The position numbers and the translations under genes were made by a program. From NCBI GenBank assembly GCA_019636845.1, contig JAHBWV010000002.1, positions 35,655 through 99,654 on the forward strand: a stretch of 64,000 bases of DNA. Direction: 5' to 3'. Shown piece by piece: positions 47,219-56,621 of this stretch; positions within the stretch are counted from its first letter, which is position 1; each line of letters starts with the position of its first letter. This stretch comes from Phycisphaeraceae bacterium (GTDB lineage Bacteria > Planctomycetota > Phycisphaerae > Phycisphaerales > UBA1924). The notes under the pieces were generated by a model, which ran no database searches, was not told the DNA's origin, and saw only the letters and a program-made list of their open reading frames with translations.

Positions 47219-48838
47219 GTGGAGGTTCGAGTGTCTTCGGAAGCCAAGCGCGGCGCGGTGCGAATCGCGTCCAACTACACCCGCCTTCTCACCAATGTTG
47301 TGCTTGGGCTTGTGTCTGTCAAGATCCTGGTCGAGGTCGCGGGCGACAGCGGCTTCGGGCTGGTCTCTACGCTGGGCGCGACGACGGGGATCGCGAACCT
47401 GACGGAAGAGACGGTGCGGCGTTCGATGATCCGGGAGCTGGGATCCGCGCTGCACAACGAGGATCGGTCGGTCTTCACGCGGGTCTTCAACACGGCGCTG
47501 CTGCTCGCGGGCGGGATGTCGCTGATCACGCTTTCTGTGTTCGGGCTGATCATGCTCTGTCTGTGGCAGGGGTGGATCTTCGAGATCGATCCGCCCTCTC
47601 TGATCGAGGCCGCGTACTGGCTGGTTGCGTGGAAGGCGGCGGAGTCCGTGGTTGATGTGCTGCTCTCGCCGATCATCAATGTGTATATTGCCAGCGAGCG
47701 GATGCGGGCGTTCAACGGGTGGATGATGTTGCAGCGGCTGGCGCGGCTCGCGGCGGCGCTCGGGTTGTTCTTCTATTACGGGAGCGGAGCCGACCCGGCG
47801 ACTGCGCTCAAGACCTACGCGATGGTCGGGGCGATTCTGTATATCTCGGCGAACCTGACGGCCGCACTGACGATGATGCTCTTTGTTGAGGGGCGTACGC
47901 GTCCGCGTCCGTGGCTTGCGCGGCGGTCCGAGCTGCCGGGCCTCGTGACGGTGGGCAAGTGGAACATGGCGATGTCCACGGCCCAGAACCTGCATCTGCG
48001 GGCGGATCAGATCATCACCAACTCGCTCTTCGGGCTCATCTACAACACGTCGTTCGGGTTGGCGATGCAGCTGACGAGTTATGTGCGGATGCTGACGGTC
48101 GGCATGACGGACGGGTTGGACGCGGTGACGGCGCGTCTGTCGATCAAGAAGGGCGAGGAGTCGGTGCGCGACCTGGTGCGCCACTCGACGCGTCTGCACG
48201 CGTTTGTGTCGATCCCGACGGGGATCGGCATGTTGATTCTTGCCGAGCCCGCGCTGGATGTGTGGGTGGGCGCGAACCTTCAGAATCGTGCGATGGTGAT
48301 CTCGCGGGCGACGATCATCATGCAGATCATCGTCCTCGGCGTGACGCTGCGGGCGATCTCGGACGGTTGGATCCGCATCCTGTACGGCGCGGGTCATATC
48401 CGGAGTTACGCGCTGCCGATCGTGGCGTTGAGTTTCCTGAATCCGGTTGTGGCGATCGTGCTGGCGAAGACGATGCCGGCGGATGTGGCGTATCTCGGTC
48501 CGCCGATCGCGTTCTCGCTGGTGACGGCGATCATCAGTGCGGTTGTGGTGCCGTTGATCGGCGGACGCTGTCTGGGCGTGAGCCCGTGGGCGTTGGCGGC
48601 TCCGATCGTGAGACCCGGCGCGGTGGCGATTGTGTCGGCCCCGATCCTGATGCTGGCGATTCGTTACGTGCCGTCGTGGAATCTGCTGTGGCTGGGCGCA
48701 ACGTGCGGGGCGTATGCGATGGTGGTGACGGTGCTGTGCGTGCGGTTCGCGATGACACAGCAGGAGCGCCAGCGTTTCCGCGGCGCGATCATGCGGAGGT
48801 TGGGGCGTGGTGGGGGGCGTGGGGCCGGGCGCGTTTGA
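47219..48838 (+). CDS. Polysaccharide flippase (MOP/Wzx-like)
   Basis: It has about 12-14 TM helices. The N-terminus NYTRLLTNVVLGLVSVKILVEVAG...FGLVSTLGATTG is typical of oligosaccharide flippases. Confidence 0.6.
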   Translation: MEVRVSSEAKRGAVRIASNYTRLLTNVVLGLVSVKILVEVAGDSGFGLVSTLGATTGIANLTEETVRRSMIRELGSALHNEDRSVFTRVFNTALLLAGGMSLITLSVFGLIMLCLWQGWIFEIDPPSLIEAAYWLVAWKAAESVVDVLLSPIINVYIASERMRAFNGWMMLQRLARLAAALGLFFYYGSGADPATALKTYAMVGAILYISANLTAALTMMLFVEGRTRPRPWLARRSELPGLVTVGKWNMAMSTAQNLHLRADQIITNSLFGLIYNTSFGLAMQLTSYVRMLTVGMTDGLDAVTARLSIKKGEESVRDLVRHSTRLHAFVSIPTGIGMLILAEPALDVWVGANLQNRAMVISRATIIMQIIVLGVTLRAISDGWIRILYGAGHIRSYALPIVALSFLNPVVAIVLAKTMPADVAYLGPPIAFSLVTAIISAVVVPLIGGRCLGVSPWALAAPIVRPGAVAIVSAPILMLAIRYVPSWNLLWLGATCGAYAMVVTVLCVRFAMTQQERQRFRGAIMRRLGRGGGRGAGRV

Positions 48839-48845
48839 GGGAGCT

Positions 48846-50066
48846 TTATCGCGGGGCAAGTGTGTGGAGTTCGATGGAGACGGCGCGGTGGTCCGAGCCG
48901 GGGAAGCGGCGCGTTGACCACGAGACGATGCGGAAGTGATCGCTGACGAGCGCGTCATCGATCGCAACCCGGAGCGGCCAGGGCGCCCATGAGGGGTATG
49001 TGCCGTCGGGGGCGAGTGGCTGCTTGGCGCGGCGCAGGCCGATCGCGTTGAGGTGCGAGGTTCTCGCCCCGAGCGGGGTCGCGTTCAGGTCGCCGATGAC
49101 GAGGACGGGGAATCCAGCATCAAGCATGGAGCGGGCGGTTCGGGCCGCGTCCATTGCGGTTCGATTGCCGCTTCGCCAGCGCGCGGGCGCCCACGGGGAC
49201 GAGGCGTGGAGCGCGACGATTCCGATGGGTCCGTCGGGGTGGTGGAGGATCGCGCCGAGCACGCCGCTTGGTTGGGGTTGCTGATCTGGCGGTGTATCAA
49301 GGGGCCAGGGCTCGATGGGCCACTTCGAGAAGGCCTTGATCCACTGTGTGTAGGGCGGGTTTGGTGGCGCGACGACACGATGGAGATTGCTGAGCGCGCT
49401 GCCCGACCTGATGGAGCGGGAGAGTTCGGCGGGGCACTCGAGAAGGACCGCAAGGTCGAGATCGGTGTTGTTGATGGCGTCGTGGATCGCGCTGTGGTTC
49501 GGATTGTCGGCGCGGGCGTTGAGCTGGAGGATGCGGAGGGACGGGGGCGTGCGTGCCGGGGCGGTGGCGGCGCGCTGACCGGGCGAGAGGAGGATGAAAA
49601 GGATCCAGGCGCAAGCCGCGGCGTTGAGGGCGAGGAGCGCGATGTGTCGCACGCGGAGCGCGATGGCTGCGGCAATGAGTGTGAGGGGGAGCGCGAGGGT
49701 GAGTGTGTCGCGCAGGAGTGAGGGGATCCAGAAGTGGTGCGCGAGCGTGGCGGCGAGAAGCACCCAGAGCGAGGGTGTGAGGAGGAGGCAGAGGCGAGCG
49801 GCGGGCACTGGGCGTCGTTCTGGGACGTGGGTGGATGCCGACGTGTGGTCCCCTGTGGTGGCGTTGGTGTTTGTGGGGCCCATAACGGCGGCTTTCAATG
49901 GGAGAAGGTTGTGCGGGATAGTCGGGTCCGAGTTTGCGATGAGGCGTTCAAGATGGGCAAGAGATCGGGCACGATTTGCCTTCATATTCGATGATTGATC
50001 TTTGGATGGGTCTACCTCGCGTGCGTGTACGCGATCGAACCAGTTGAGGAAGTGCCATGCTCTCAC
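48846..50066 (-). CDS. Endonuclease/exonuclease/phosphatase (EEP) family protein with N-terminal TM helices
   Basis: LRILQLNARADN..., VLVIGDLNATP, and the C-terminal SDHRAVSIEL. Alternative start at ATG 49985. Confidence 0.75.
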   Translation of the reverse strand: MRAWHFLNWFDRVHAREVDPSKDQSSNMKANRARSLAHLERLIANSDPTIPHNLLPLKAAVMGPTNTNATTGDHTSASTHVPERRPVPAARLCLLLTPSLWVLLAATLAHHFWIPSLLRDTLTLALPLTLIAAAIALRVRHIALLALNAAACAWILFILLSPGQRAATAPARTPPSLRILQLNARADNPNHSAIHDAINNTDLDLAVLLECPAELSRSIRSGSALSNLHRVVAPPNPPYTQWIKAFSKWPIEPWPLDTPPDQQPQPSGVLGAILHHPDGPIGIVALHASSPWAPARWRSGNRTAMDAARTARSMLDAGFPVLVIGDLNATPLGARTSHLNAIGLRRAKQPLAPDGTYPSWAPWPLRVAIDDALVSDHFRIVSWSTRRFPGSDHRAVSIELHTLAPR

Positions 50067-52186
50067 TCACACCGTTCTCTACGAGGAACCTCGGACCACG
50101 GCTCGCCGCAGCGTCGCTGGCGATTGCCGCGATCGCGCTGGGTGCGGCTGCCCAGGGCGACTTTGCCGTGAGCGCGGGGTATGAAGCGGGGAAGATCGCG
50201 GTTCGGGATGCGCGTGATGCGGGTCCGATCGTGATGCAGCGGAACCTGCCGCTGTGGGAGGACAACGCGGGCGGTCAGTCGCTGGCACCGACGATCGAGT
50301 TCGTTCCTCAGCAGACGGGGTACGACCTGATCTACACGTTCACGAACACGTCGTCGTTCCCGAAGAAGCAGGGGCAGATGCGCGTGGGCGTGTTCACGCT
50401 GGGATCCGAGGTGCGGGTTCTCGACGGCGGCTTCAAGAGCGGCAACGAGCGGCTCGACAAGGCGGACGGGTACAAGGTGTACGCGCGGTACTACCCGCTG
50501 AACATGTACTCGCCGGTGTGGATGCTGCGTGACAGCCGCTACGCGGTGGGCGTGTCGGTTCAGTACCCGGTGCTCGAGTACCAGCACGATCTGAGATTCA
50601 GCATGCGTCGTTCGGCCGGCGCGACGGCGAGCGGCGAGGGCGGTGTGGGCTGGTGGGTGGAGATCCGTCTGTCGAACAATCTTGCTGACACTCCGGACTC
50701 CGGCCTTCGGTACGAGGCGATGATCCCGCCGGGCGAGACGCGCCGGTATGTGGTGAGTGTGCGGGCGACGAACGTGTCGAACGAGTGGATGCGGACGCTG
50801 ACACCGTACCGGACGTTCTTCCGCTCGACCTATGGCGGCGTTCGCTACGAGCGGAAGCCGATGCCGATCAACGCGGTCTCGCTCGCGGTGGATGAGGCCG
50901 TGAGCAACGAGAACCCGTACGGCTGGAACCGTCACGTGCAGCGCAGCCCCGACGTGCACGGCTGGGGCAAGTGGGTTGACGACCTGTCGTCGCGTTCGGG
51001 CTGGAGCGGTTTCATGCTCTGGAAGCCGACGGGGGTGTTCAAGAACAACCAGTCTCTGAACTTCCCGTTCCAGTTCACGTCGCGCTGGCTCGAGAACGAG
51101 AACATGCGGACCGCGCTGGACTCGAGGAACGGCCTTCCTTCGCTGATCAGGAAGTCGGGGAAGAAGGAGCTGGGATTGTGGTGGGGTCGCGCGTGCCAGG
51201 TGATGACCGCGTGGGACGACGGCAAGTTTGAGCCGCTGGATCCGGACAACCCCGCGCACGTGCAGGCGGCTCTGAAGGAGATGGGTCTTGCGGCCCAGGC
51301 GGGCGCGACGATCATCGGGCTCGACACGTTCACGCACCGCTACACACCGACGTGGAAGCTCTACACATGGCTTCAGCGGCTGCAGTTCATCCACCCGCAG
51401 ATGCGGTTCATCATCGAGCCGGTCGCGTGCGACATCATGCACACGCTGGCACCGATGTGGCTGCGCGGGTTCGACGACAAGCTCATTCCCGAGTCGGTGG
51501 AGGATCTCTACCAGATCAAGAGCCCGCACTACATGGCGGACTTCCTTCTCCCGGGTCACGAGCTGTGGGCGGGGTTCCGGTACTACGGCCACACGCGTTA
51601 CTTCGGGATTGAGGTGACCCAGGAGCGGATCCACAACGACATGCGTCTGTACGCCTCGTACGGGCACGTACCGGTCTTCTTCGTGGACGGCTCGCTGACG
51701 GACGACAGCATCCGGGCCGCGAAGTCCTGGCTGACCAGCGTCCCGGCGGATCTTCAGATCTCCGAGTCCGAGTGGCGGGCGAGCCCAGCGCCCGGGCTGA
51801 CGATCGGGATGTCCGGCTCAACGGGCCTTGTGGATGAGCAGACGTTCGCGAGCGATCAGTCCAATCAGTTGCCGGGTAGCGGGATGGGCGAGACGCCGGG
51901 CTCGCGCCTTCAGATGGGGCCGCAGCGCGATGGCGCGCCTCCGATGTCGCTGATGATGCAGGACAACAGCGGGCGCGGCCCGACGATCAACCACTCCGAT
52001 GTGGCGCGGGCCCTTCAGCGTGCGGCGATGACGAGGACGGGCGGTCTGGCAGCGGCCTCGCCCAATCTGCCCGCTCAGATCCGCACCGGGAACCAGACGA
52101 ATCTGGCGCCGAGGACAAGCGGCGTGGTGATCTACAGCGGCCGAGCACCGAGACAGAGCACGGTCGTGGTTGCCGGCAACGAGTGA
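50057..52186 (+). CDS. Large secreted hypothetical protein (709 aa)
   Basis: It has a signal-peptide-like N-terminus (LAAASLAIAAIALGAAAQG), a long frame with balanced composition (many W/Y/F/N), and a low-complexity C-terminal tail. I recognise no family. Confidence 0.7.
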   Translation: MLSLTPFSTRNLGPRLAAASLAIAAIALGAAAQGDFAVSAGYEAGKIAVRDARDAGPIVMQRNLPLWEDNAGGQSLAPTIEFVPQQTGYDLIYTFTNTSSFPKKQGQMRVGVFTLGSEVRVLDGGFKSGNERLDKADGYKVYARYYPLNMYSPVWMLRDSRYAVGVSVQYPVLEYQHDLRFSMRRSAGATASGEGGVGWWVEIRLSNNLADTPDSGLRYEAMIPPGETRRYVVSVRATNVSNEWMRTLTPYRTFFRSTYGGVRYERKPMPINAVSLAVDEAVSNENPYGWNRHVQRSPDVHGWGKWVDDLSSRSGWSGFMLWKPTGVFKNNQSLNFPFQFTSRWLENENMRTALDSRNGLPSLIRKSGKKELGLWWGRACQVMTAWDDGKFEPLDPDNPAHVQAALKEMGLAAQAGATIIGLDTFTHRYTPTWKLYTWLQRLQFIHPQMRFIIEPVACDIMHTLAPMWLRGFDDKLIPESVEDLYQIKSPHYMADFLLPGHELWAGFRYYGHTRYFGIEVTQERIHNDMRLYASYGHVPVFFVDGSLTDDSIRAAKSWLTSVPADLQISESEWRASPAPGLTIGMSGSTGLVDEQTFASDQSNQLPGSGMGETPGSRLQMGPQRDGAPPMSLMMQDNSGRGPTINHSDVARALQRAAMTRTGGLAAASPNLPAQIRTGNQTNLAPRTSGVVIYSGRAPRQSTVVVAGNE

Positions 52187-52261
52187 GCCGAATCAACAGA
52201 GAATGATCGTGAGGGCGGGTTCCGTGCGGAGCCCGCCCTCTTTATTTGTGAAGGTGTTTCG

Positions 52262-54970
52262 TTATGGCCTCAGAAAGCTGAGCGAGCGGAGCAGGGCGCG
52301 TCTGGCGGGGGTGTCGAGGGCGCGGTCTTCGATGATCTGCCCACCGAACCAGTTCATGGCGGCGCAGCGGATCTCGAGCCCGAGGCCATCGATGCCGGAG
52401 CCGTCGTCGAAGCGGATCGAGGTCGGTGGATGGAGAAGCGTTGCGACGAGCGGGCCGCCATCGACGCGGACCATCTCACGCACCGGCGCGGCGCAGAGCG
52501 AAGCGGAGATCTGGAGATCGGCACCCGGGCCGGGGCGCGCGATCGAGAGGAGGACGGGCGAGTTTCGAGTCCAGACGACGCCGTCGAGCCGGAGACGGGC
52601 CACGAGCGTTCCGTTCCTGGTGATGTCGGCCTCGGCGGCGTGCGCAGCGGTATCGGCGTAGATGGTGAGCCGTTCATTGCCATCGCCCGCGATGGTGGCG
52701 AGCGGCCAGCGGTGACCGGGGCCGACGGGGACGGCCAGATCCCAGCCGCTGTCGGGGAGCATGCCCGCGAGCGAGATGGTCCACGCGCTTCCCGGGGCGA
52801 AGCCCTCGACCACGGCGCGTTCGTCGGGGAGCGCGGAACCGGTCTGCGAGAGTGATGTGTCGGGCGGCGCGGGGTAGCCGGCAAAGCCCACGCCTTCGGC
52901 GAAGAGGTCTGTTGCGAGATAGAAGGACTGCGCATCGGCTGTGGAGCCGGACCTGATGCGGAGAACGGGGCGTTGCCCGGCGGGGATGGGGGCGTCGAGG
53001 GCGAGATCAACGGGGAGCCATGACATCGTGGTGTTCGCGTTCGGGAAGCGCGTGACGATGACGCCTGCCGCGTTGGGCTTGAGTTCGATGCGAGGCGTCA
53101 TGGCCTTGGACTCGAGGGCGTTCAGGAGCCAGATGCGTCCGATGATGCGATCGGTGCCGAGCGTCTGTCCCATGGTCGGAGAGGCGATGGGGAAGAGGTC
53201 GCCGATGCGGGTGTCGGCCGAGCCGGCAAGTCCTGTGAGTTTCCAGACGGGGCCGGCGCAGGGGGGTTGCGGGTCGAGGGGTGTTCCGCCATCGACCCAG
53301 CGTCCGAGGGCGTCCTTTGTGAGCGGCACGACGGTGCCGCCCGCAAAGGGGGTGAAGGTGGGATTCGGGACAAGGCGTTGCATCGCACCGGGTCCGACGG
53401 CGAGGGGGTGTGCGGAGTGGAGGGTCGGCCTTGTGGTGCGTCGGAGTCCGAGTCGCGAGACGGGGTCGGAGTCGATGTAGATGTGTGAGCCGTGGACGGC
53501 TGCGGACCATGCGCTGCCGGTATCGGGGGCGAACGCCTGGGCCCAATCGATGCCGTTCTCCGAGTACAGGGCGCGGCGAATCTGCGGCGGCACGGGCTCG
53601 GAGAGCACCTGCGGGTCGTAGGTTGCGACGTAGGGTCCGGCGCGTTCGGGCGTGGGCGTTCTGATGACGAAGTTCTGGCTGTTGCGTCCGTCGGACCACG
53701 GCCCGCCGTAGAGGCGCCAGTGGCGTGCGACGGGTCCGGTGGCATCGAGCATCATGATCTGCTCGTAGCAGAGATCTGAGCCGAGGATCATCAGGCCGTT
53801 GGCGGGGCCGGGTGCGAGGCCGACGAACTGGTTGCCGGAGGTCGGTTGCGGGTCTGTGCCCGCCGCGGAACCGTGGAAGGATTCGTTGGCTGTCCATCCC
53901 GAGGCGGCGACGGCTTCGCCTCCCTTGTCGAGGGCGACGATGCGATTGAACTGTTGTGTGTCGCCGATGGCGACGATGGCGCGGAGGCCGGAGGGGGTTG
54001 GGAAGATCCCGGCGGTGTGGGCGTGCTGTCCCGCGCCGGCGACGGGTGTTTCGTAGAAGCGGACGGGGGGAGAGATGATCCAGGGCGAGCCGGGGGCGGG
54101 GCGTGTGGCACGGAAGCCGTAGGCGCGCCCGCCATCGCAGCCGGGCTTGGAGCGATAGTCTGCGGCGGCGAAGTAGGCATCGAGCGGTTGGAGCGAGTCG
54201 GAGGCGGGCCACCAGTTCTGCATCGACCATTCACGGACGCGGTCTCGGTTCTCCTGGACGATGGTGTCTTCGAAGGCGACGGTCCAGGTTGTGCCACGGT
54301 CCTGAGAGACAACGATGGCGGTTGCGCCGGTGTTCCACGCGCTGAAGGGTGGAACGGGCTGTCGCGAGACCGCGCAGAAGAGAACGATCAGCCCGTGGCA
54401 GACGGCGCCTGCGCGCGGGTCGTAGCGTCGGTTGGCGACGGTGCCCTGCATGACGTCGACGCCGCCTCCGATGCCGAGTGGTGTTCGGATGCGTCCGATG
54501 CCGGTGGATTCGGCGAGCATGAGCGCGTCGTCGGCTCCGACGAAGACATCGAGCACGCCGGCGGTGGAATCGGTGAGCACGAGCAGCGGGGTTGTGCCGT
54601 CGTGATCGAAGCCGGAACCGATGATGGTGGTGCTGCGTGAGCCGGGGCGCACGTCCTGCACCTCGACCGCGCCGGCGATGGTTGTTCGCGGCGCGAAGCG
54701 CGGCGCATCAGGTCCGATCGGCTCGCCGTTCCATTGCCAGGTTGGTTGGGGGCGATCGACCCTGAAGGTGAGTCCGGGAGAGCCGACGAATGCGCCGTCG
54801 AAGATGAAGCGGAGTGGCTCTCGCACCTCGGTTGTGTTGGATGCGGGCGAGTGGGTGCCGGTCGAGCCCGCGCCGGACTGGCGGACGCGGAGCGGCTGGG
54901 CGTCGGCGGAGAGGCACACAGCCGCGGGAAGGAATGAAGCCAAGAGTGTGAGCGCGCCGCGCAGGAACAT
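52262..54970 (-). CDS. Large secreted protein with a BNR/Asp-box motif (sialidase-like beta-propeller candidate)
   Basis: The start is ATG 54970 (MFLRGALTLLASFLPAAVCLSADAQ signal peptide). A perfect Asp-box SQDRGTTW is present, plus a weaker one (SENGIDW). The upstream 125 codons of ORF 52262-55345 were rejected. Confidence 0.7.
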   Translation of the reverse strand: MFLRGALTLLASFLPAAVCLSADAQPLRVRQSGAGSTGTHSPASNTTEVREPLRFIFDGAFVGSPGLTFRVDRPQPTWQWNGEPIGPDAPRFAPRTTIAGAVEVQDVRPGSRSTTIIGSGFDHDGTTPLLVLTDSTAGVLDVFVGADDALMLAESTGIGRIRTPLGIGGGVDVMQGTVANRRYDPRAGAVCHGLIVLFCAVSRQPVPPFSAWNTGATAIVVSQDRGTTWTVAFEDTIVQENRDRVREWSMQNWWPASDSLQPLDAYFAAADYRSKPGCDGGRAYGFRATRPAPGSPWIISPPVRFYETPVAGAGQHAHTAGIFPTPSGLRAIVAIGDTQQFNRIVALDKGGEAVAASGWTANESFHGSAAGTDPQPTSGNQFVGLAPGPANGLMILGSDLCYEQIMMLDATGPVARHWRLYGGPWSDGRNSQNFVIRTPTPERAGPYVATYDPQVLSEPVPPQIRRALYSENGIDWAQAFAPDTGSAWSAAVHGSHIYIDSDPVSRLGLRRTTRPTLHSAHPLAVGPGAMQRLVPNPTFTPFAGGTVVPLTKDALGRWVDGGTPLDPQPPCAGPVWKLTGLAGSADTRIGDLFPIASPTMGQTLGTDRIIGRIWLLNALESKAMTPRIELKPNAAGVIVTRFPNANTTMSWLPVDLALDAPIPAGQRPVLRIRSGSTADAQSFYLATDLFAEGVGFAGYPAPPDTSLSQTGSALPDERAVVEGFAPGSAWTISLAGMLPDSGWDLAVPVGPGHRWPLATIAGDGNERLTIYADTAAHAAEADITRNGTLVARLRLDGVVWTRNSPVLLSIARPGPGADLQISASLCAAPVREMVRVDGGPLVATLLHPPTSIRFDDGSGIDGLGLEIRCAAMNWFGGQIIEDRALDTPARRALLRSLSFLRP

Positions 54971-55100
54971 GCCTCTCTCCGGATGGTGCGGCGGCGGGGA
55001 GTGCGAGCGCCGTCGTATGGAATATACGGGCGGGATCGCGTGCCGCCAGAGAATCCGGCGAAACAGCGTTCGACATCGCGGAAATGGCGAGCGGGACGGG

Positions 55101-56078
55101 TTATCTGTCGGTTTGGGAGATGGCTTCCCACTGGGCACGCAGGCCGGACTCGAGGGTGGTTCTCGGACTGTATCCGAGTTCGGCTGCGCTCCGGGTGAGG
55201 TCTGCCCAGGTACGTTCGACATCGCCGGGTTGGGGCGGGCGGTGCTCGATGGCGGGCTCGGTGCCGGCGACGCGCCCGATGGAGGCGATGAGCTGGTTGA
55301 GGGTGACGGGGGCGTTGCCGCCGAGGTTCCAGATGCGGTAGCCATGCGCGTCGATGCGCTGGTAGGAGGCGAGGACGCCGGAGACGATGTCGTCGATGAA
55401 GGTGTAGTCGCGGCTGGTGTTGCCGTTGCCGAACATCGGGATGGGCTTTCCGGCGCGGAGGAGCTTCATGAACTTGGAGATGGCCAGATCGGGCCGCTGG
55501 TCGGGGCCGTAGACCGTGAAGAAGCGGAGCATGGCGATGGGTGTGCCCGTGAGGCGGTGGTGGGAGAAGGCGAGGAGCTCGCAGGCGCGTTTGGTCGCGG
55601 CGTAGGGGCTGATGGGGCTCTCGACCGGGTCGTCTTCGGCGAAGGGGACCTTGGTGTTGTTGCCGTAGACGGAACTGCTCGAGGCGATGATGACGCGTGC
55701 GCAGCCGGCGCGGGATGCGGCATGCAACACGCTGGCGGTGCCGGTCACGTTGGCGTGCGCGTAGCCGATGGGGTCTTCGATGCTGGGGCGCACGCCGGCT
55801 TTGGCGGCGAGGTGGATGATCCCCTCGACGCGGTGCTCCTTGAGGAGGGATTCGATGCGGGGAGTGTCGTTGATGTCTGCCCGGACGGGGGTGTAGGCGT
55901 CGGGGTGCTGGGCACGGGTGCGCTCGTCGGCGCGCTGCTTGATCGCGGGGTCGTAGAAGGGGTCGAGGTTGTCGATGCCGACGACTCGGGCGTTGCGTGT
56001 GAGCAGGGCACGGCAGAGGTGTGAGCCGATGAAGCCGGCTGCGCCCGTGACCAGAATCGAACGATCATTCCATTCCAT
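55101..56078 (-). CDS. NAD-dependent nucleotide-sugar epimerase (UDP-glucuronate 4-epimerase-like SDR)
   Basis: ILVTGAAGFIGSHL, the catalytic YAATK, and RFFTVYGPDQRPDLA. The start is ATG 56078 (MEWNDRS). Confidence 0.9.
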   Translation of the reverse strand: MEWNDRSILVTGAAGFIGSHLCRALLTRNARVVGIDNLDPFYDPAIKQRADERTRAQHPDAYTPVRADINDTPRIESLLKEHRVEGIIHLAAKAGVRPSIEDPIGYAHANVTGTASVLHAASRAGCARVIIASSSSVYGNNTKVPFAEDDPVESPISPYAATKRACELLAFSHHRLTGTPIAMLRFFTVYGPDQRPDLAISKFMKLLRAGKPIPMFGNGNTSRDYTFIDDIVSGVLASYQRIDAHGYRIWNLGGNAPVTLNQLIASIGRVAGTEPAIEHRPPQPGDVERTWADLTRSAAELGYSPRTTLESGLRAQWEAISQTDR

Positions 56079-56530
56079 GAGCCGCTCCGGTCTCTGTGCT
56101 CGCAGAGAGGCATTTGTACGCATGGGGCGAGCGGCTGTGCGTGGATCGGGGACGATTGGCGTGGCTGAGAAAGAAGCAGGGCGCCATCTATTCGACAGCG
56201 CCCCGCTGGAGGAGAGAGAGATCCTGTTTGAACAACATTGTGCTTATCGGGCCAGTATCAGAATCGCTACACACATTTGTTGCAACTTTTCCGTCTACTT
56301 TCCTGTCTTTTCCACAAATTCGCTTGACTTAGGTGTGTTCGATGATCCTTACGTGGCGGTTTGTGCGCGGTTCGGCGCGTCGCACAGGGGTTGCTTCCTC
56401 ACACGCGAGAGCGCGAGCCGAGATCCGCAAGACGAGCGCGATTCGTGCAAGTCATGCGCAGAAACGGCCATATTTCTTCATAAATCGCGTCGCTCTTGCG
56501 CTCTCGGGAGAGTTTGTGCGCTTTGACAGC

Positions 56531-56561
56531 AAAGCCGCCGACACACATGGGTGTCGGCGGC
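56531..56561 (-). terminator. Rho-independent terminator after gene 56622-57671
   Basis: A perfect 11-bp stem pairs GCCGCCGACAC (56534-56544) with GTGTCGGCGGC (56551-56561). On the minus strand it is followed by TTTGCTGTC. Confidence 0.6.
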
Positions 56562-56621
56562 GGGTCTCGGCGTGATCAGATGTCAGTGAAACTACCCACG
56601 AGATCGGCATCTGCGACGCGA

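Noticed and set aside
47039-51667. Long minus-strand ORFs 47039-48967 (642 aa) and 50063-51667 (534 aa)
   Set aside because: These are R/H/P-rich antisense shadows of the flippase gene and of the 709-aa secreted protein gene.
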